DNA of 63,970 nucleotides, counting the filler, from Craspedostauros australis (taxonomy: Eukaryota): the NCBI GenBank assembly GCA_030167865.1. It is 11 parts of 11 records of this genome, joined end to end, with 100 filler letters (N's around TTAATTAATTAA, not from the genome) between each part and the next. Parts side by side here need not be neighbours in the genome. Positions count along the whole stretch, not along the records: positions 52,594 to 63,970 come from JALAGF010001440.1; 10 more parts are not named here. The stretch is one strand, 5' to 3'. The notes below the pieces were generated by a model. The model did not search any database, was not told the origin of the DNA, and worked only from the letters and a program-made list of their open reading frames with translations. Positions 60,072-63,970 of the stretch are shown here, piece by piece. A program made the translations under genes and the position numbers. Every line of letters starts with the position of its first letter. The first letter of the stretch is position 1.

Positions 60072-61172
60072 ATGACACTGAAGAATAGACAGACGGTCCT
60101 GGTGACCGGAGGTTGCGGGTACATCGGCAGTCATGCGCTGACAACGCTGCTGGATCAGGACTACAACGTGGTGGTGGTTGACAACCTTTCCAACGCCACG
60201 GACGCAGCCCTCGACAGGGTGGCGCAGGTATGCAAGATACCGCAGGAGGAACGCAGCGAGCGCATCGTCTTCCACAACGTCGATGTGTGCGACAGGGCGG
60301 AGCTCAGGAAGGTCATGGAGGCATCGCCGACCTTCACAGCCTGCATCCACTTCGCTGGTCTCAAGGCCGTTGGCGACAGCACCAGCATGCCCCTTCTCTA
60401 CTACCACAACAACCTCTACGGCACCCTCGTCCTCCTCGAGCTCCTGGATGAGTTCGGCTGCCGCTGCATCGTCTTCTCCTCGTCGGCAACCGTCTACGGC
60501 GAACCAAAGACCATGCCAATCACGGAGCAATTCCCAGCAGGCCAGGACATCACCAACGCCTACGGACGCACCAAGTACTTCGTCGAGGAGATCCTCAAGG
60601 ACTTTTACAACTCGAAAACGCTCAAGGGCAAGTCCACCGACTGGTCCGTCATCCTCCTGCGGTACTTCAACCCCATCGGCGCCCACGAATCCGGCCTCAT
60701 CGGGGAGGACCCCAACGGCATCCCTAACAACCTCATGCCCTACCTCGCGCAGGTCGCCTGCGGCAGGCGCGAATTCCTCACCGTCTTCGGCAACGATTAC
60801 TCCACTCCCGACGGCACGGGCGTCAGAGATTACCTTCACGTCATGGATCTCGTCGAAGGTCACGTCCAAGCCATCCAGCATGCCCAGAAACAGACCGGCG
60901 GACTCTACACCTACAACCTCGGCACGGGGCACGGCGTCAGCGTCCTTGGATTGCTCAAGTCCATGGAGAAGGCCTGCGGGCATGAGCTCAAGTACAAGCT
61001 GGGCGAGCGCCGTCCTGGGGATATTGCCATCAGCTATTCTGATGCCAGTCTGGCCGCGAACGAAATGGGGTGGAAGGCCAAGCGGACCTTTGATCAAATG
61101 TGCGAAGATGTCTGGCGTTGGCAATCCAACAATCCGAACGGATACCGCAGTGCCAGCGAACTTGAGAAGTAA
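60072..61172 (+). CDS. galE: UDP-glucose 4-epimerase
   Basis: TGGCGYIGSH, HFAGLKAVG, FSSSATVYG, YGRTK, LRYFNP, PNNLMP, GVRDYLHV. Confidence 0.97.
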   Translation: MTLKNRQTVLVTGGCGYIGSHALTTLLDQDYNVVVVDNLSNATDAALDRVAQVCKIPQEERSERIVFHNVDVCDRAELRKVMEASPTFTACIHFAGLKAVGDSTSMPLLYYHNNLYGTLVLLELLDEFGCRCIVFSSSATVYGEPKTMPITEQFPAGQDITNAYGRTKYFVEEILKDFYNSKTLKGKSTDWSVILLRYFNPIGAHESGLIGEDPNGIPNNLMPYLAQVACGRREFLTVFGNDYSTPDGTGVRDYLHVMDLVEGHVQAIQHAQKQTGGLYTYNLGTGHGVSVLGLLKSMEKACGHELKYKLGERRPGDIAISYSDASLAANEMGWKAKRTFDQMCEDVWRWQSNNPNGYRSASELEK

Positions 61173-61285
61173 CATTGTACAATACGTATTGTAGTATGAG
61201 TATGGCACAAAGATAAGGAGAGTAACACAGTTGGATTACGCAGTGTAGTATTTTTCCTTTACAGTGCAACACTCCAGCTTCCGTC

Positions 61286-63202
61286 CTACACACCATTTCG
61301 ACCGTCTCCTTCCATCGATTCCTCTTCAATCTGCCCCATCCTCACGCTCGTGCTCGTGCTCGTACTCTCGCTATGATGAGCACTCGCACGCACACTCTCA
61401 TTCTTAGTAGTACCAGTGCTGACGACGGACACCTTCCCCAGCGCGTCCATCTCCACCTTAACACCGGCAGTTTGCAGCTCCTTCGATTCCACCGGTTTCT
61501 GCGCTTCCAATTCGGCCACCATGGCTTGATTTGCCGCGTTCTCATGTAGAGCGTTGCGAATGGCGACCAAGGCCCATTCGCGCAGTGTGAAGCAGGCATG
61601 TCCAAATGACGTCGATGACAGCAGGACGTGCAACCCCGTGCGTTGTGTCGTACCTTGCACAGCGCGCATTGTGTCCTGGTTGCGGCAGCATTGATAACAC
61701 AGGTTGCCGATGCATCGCACCAGCGACACCATGGCGTGTTGCTCTTCCGGTTGCAGCACCAGCTCTCTCGCCTTCTTGCCGAAACTGCGTTTGAGCAGAA
61801 TGTCCACCATCGCGCCCAGATCTTGCAGCAGGTTCGGCAGGAGGAGGGTGCCGAGTCGCAACCGGAGGATAGCGCAGTCGCTCGTGTCGCCGCTCAAGGA
61901 CGTCGCCAGTATGTCCAGCACTGTAAGGGCGGCAGATTGGCCCAGCGGGTCGTCCTGCGACGATGCCGTTGCCTCCATCTGCGCGCTGCCGTGAGGCAAC
62001 TGGTCGCGCAGAGAGTTGTACAACGACACCAAGAAATCATGCGAAACGTCGCCGACAAGTCGTTCGCTGTCGGATTCCGTCTCCTTGGCGAGACAATGCA
62101 GCAACACGAGTTGTTCTGGGAATATAATCGTATTCGTGCCGTCATCATCATGAGTTGATCGCGAGGATCCACGGCCCGCCGCATGAAAGATGTTAGCAAC
62201 CATGTCGCGTCGACAAAATTGCAGGAGCAACAGAACGATCCACTCCGTCGCCGAATCGGCTGGGTCGTCGGATGGTTCCGTTGTTGCTGACGGTGGTTTT
62301 GTATTCGCTTTGTCTTGAGTGAGATTCTCTCGGATGGATTGGGTGGAGATAATGTACCGCAGCAGATTGGATATCAGCAGTTGGCTGTTGGCAAGTGCTG
62401 TGATGAATGCAGTAGCATGATTCTCATTGTCGTCATCTTCTTCGTCTTGTCCTTCTTCGATGATAGGAGTGCTTGGTGAATCCTGATTGCCATCGGAATT
62501 GGGCGATAACGACACGACGCAATTGTGCAATGCAGCCACAACAGCACCGAGGATTTCGCGATTGCTCGTGTGCGCGGACGTGATGATCATATCCACCCAA
62601 TTCGACGATCGGCTGTGCGCGTCTGGTTGTGATGATGATGATGATGGCGATGATGATGTTGTTGTCGCATTCTCAAACAGATTCGTTTGCTCCAGCATTC
62701 GATTCTTGACATCATCAGAAGAAGGTTCAATCGGGATATCGTTCGCAATGATCCTGGCCGTTTCCTTGTTACCAGTGACAAGGTTGCACAAGAGTTTGGC
62801 AGCCATGAGCTGACACTTGGCATCCGTCGTGCCACCCTTGCAGAGCAATTGAGAAATGGGAAGATGCAGCCTGTCCTCTGCAATGGCTTGCTGCTGTATG
62901 TACCGACGATTGGAATCGTTACGAAAGGATATGCAAGAAACGCCATACCGCAGCGCTCCTCGCGTTCGCAGGATCCTCTGCTTGCGTGTCTCGTCGCTGT
63001 CGTCGGGAGCTGCATGGTGAATGATGAAGTCCTCCAGCTGATCATTCAACGATCGGAAGTGTGATGCCATCAACTGCAGATCTTCGATGTCCTCTCGATG
63101 TGGCTGTTCTTGTTGTTGGGCCTGCCGCTGATGTTTGTCACGGATCCCTCTGGACCATGTCAGCAACGATTTCCATTCTGTGGGATCTTTTTGGGAGTCC
63201 AT
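61286..63202 (-). CDS. Ataxin-10 domain (ARM-like) protein
   Basis: C-terminal LVRCIGNLCY...NQD...LREWALVAIRNA...NQ motif; first ATG at 63202. Confidence 0.8.
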   Translation of the reverse strand: MDSQKDPTEWKSLLTWSRGIRDKHQRQAQQQEQPHREDIEDLQLMASHFRSLNDQLEDFIIHHAAPDDSDETRKQRILRTRGALRYGVSCISFRNDSNRRYIQQQAIAEDRLHLPISQLLCKGGTTDAKCQLMAAKLLCNLVTGNKETARIIANDIPIEPSSDDVKNRMLEQTNLFENATTTSSSPSSSSSQPDAHSRSSNWVDMIITSAHTSNREILGAVVAALHNCVVSLSPNSDGNQDSPSTPIIEEGQDEEDDDNENHATAFITALANSQLLISNLLRYIISTQSIRENLTQDKANTKPPSATTEPSDDPADSATEWIVLLLLQFCRRDMVANIFHAAGRGSSRSTHDDDGTNTIIFPEQLVLLHCLAKETESDSERLVGDVSHDFLVSLYNSLRDQLPHGSAQMEATASSQDDPLGQSAALTVLDILATSLSGDTSDCAILRLRLGTLLLPNLLQDLGAMVDILLKRSFGKKARELVLQPEEQHAMVSLVRCIGNLCYQCCRNQDTMRAVQGTTQRTGLHVLLSSTSFGHACFTLREWALVAIRNALHENAANQAMVAELEAQKPVESKELQTAGVKVEMDALGKVSVVSTGTTKNESVRASAHHSESTSTSTSVRMGQIEEESMEGDGRNGV

Positions 63203-63788
63203 TGTGCAACCAATTGTGAATGTGTGCGACGATTGAAAGCAGTGTGCTGGAGGATGCTGGTGACCATTTGAATGGTGCTGATGGTGGTTTGCGAGGGAAG
63301 GTCTCACGTTTCACATCTTGTGCGTAGTTCTACCGCTCCAATATTTCATCATTTCCTTTTTGCCACCCAAAATATTCCATTTGTGCTTTCCAAATAAGAC
63401 ATTTTAAGTCCCAAATGGGCCTATTACATATTTCAAGTAGGTATCTATGTCTTGGTGAACAAAAGCAGAAAGAACCCAATCAGCACATCAAATCCAAACC
63501 AGCTATCACGCAGTATCACGCGAGCTACAAGTGGAGGAGCATGCCTCTGGGACACCCGGCAAGTGCATCAAATACTTCAGTTTACGACTAGTACGACTCA
63601 AAAGTGGTTTTTGTCGTTTGTTGTGTTTCTTCGTTGTTTGTGAGATGTTGACAAAGCAAATGTTGCAGCGACGTCTTCGTTTGACTCATTGATATTACTA
63701 CTTTATCAGTCGGTGTTACTCGGACAAATTTAGTCATTGCTTCCGTTCGGTTGAAGTGTCATCGAGTCCCGTCGAACCTGCTTCCTTT

Positions 63789-63970
63789 TGCATTTAATGC
63801 ATTTGGAGTGCATTTAATGCACTTGGGGTTCAAAAAATGCATTTGAAGTGCATTAAATGCAAATGGAGTGCATTAAATGCATTTGTAGTGCATTAAATGC
63901 ATTTGGAGTGCATTAAATGCAATTGGGGTGCATTAAATGCATTTGGGGTTCAAAAAATGCATTTGAAGTG
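63789..63970. repeat. 20-bp tandem satellite running off the window end
   Basis: Unit TGCATTAAATGCATTTGGAG, ~9 copies. Confidence 0.95.

Overview
Eukaryotic, most likely diatom-type (inferred from gene families and GT-AG introns with GTACGT/GTAAG donors), draft assembly. Contigs are joined by ten 100-nt N44-TTAATTAATTAA-N44 linkers, so adjacency across linkers is not evidence of synteny. Host genes: a DUF5522-like + PduO/MMAB cobalamin adenosyltransferase fusion, BCCIP/BCP1, a split YqaJ-like exonuclease, a 3-exon transmembrane nucleotide cyclase-phosphodiesterase, a type II membrane tandem-LRR protein, a Methyltransf_16 methyltransferase, a fucosyltransferase-like protein, a VWA/PTS-rich extracellular protein, two paralogous secreted RXL-motif proteins, tRNA-Asn(GTT), RRP3/DDX47, a TcdA-like protein with a probable plastid presequence, a 3-exon membrane-anchored papain protease, galE and an Ataxin-10-domain protein. 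Repetitive DNA: Ty1/Copia pol fragments, three LTR families (some nested), a non-LTR retrotransposon whose ORF1 is split by a solo LTR with a clean target-site duplication, a 1.4-kb element with long terminal inverted repeats, an ABCG pseudogene and several tandem repeats. No CRISPR array or prokaryotic operon. All family assignments come from motif recognition; no database search was run.
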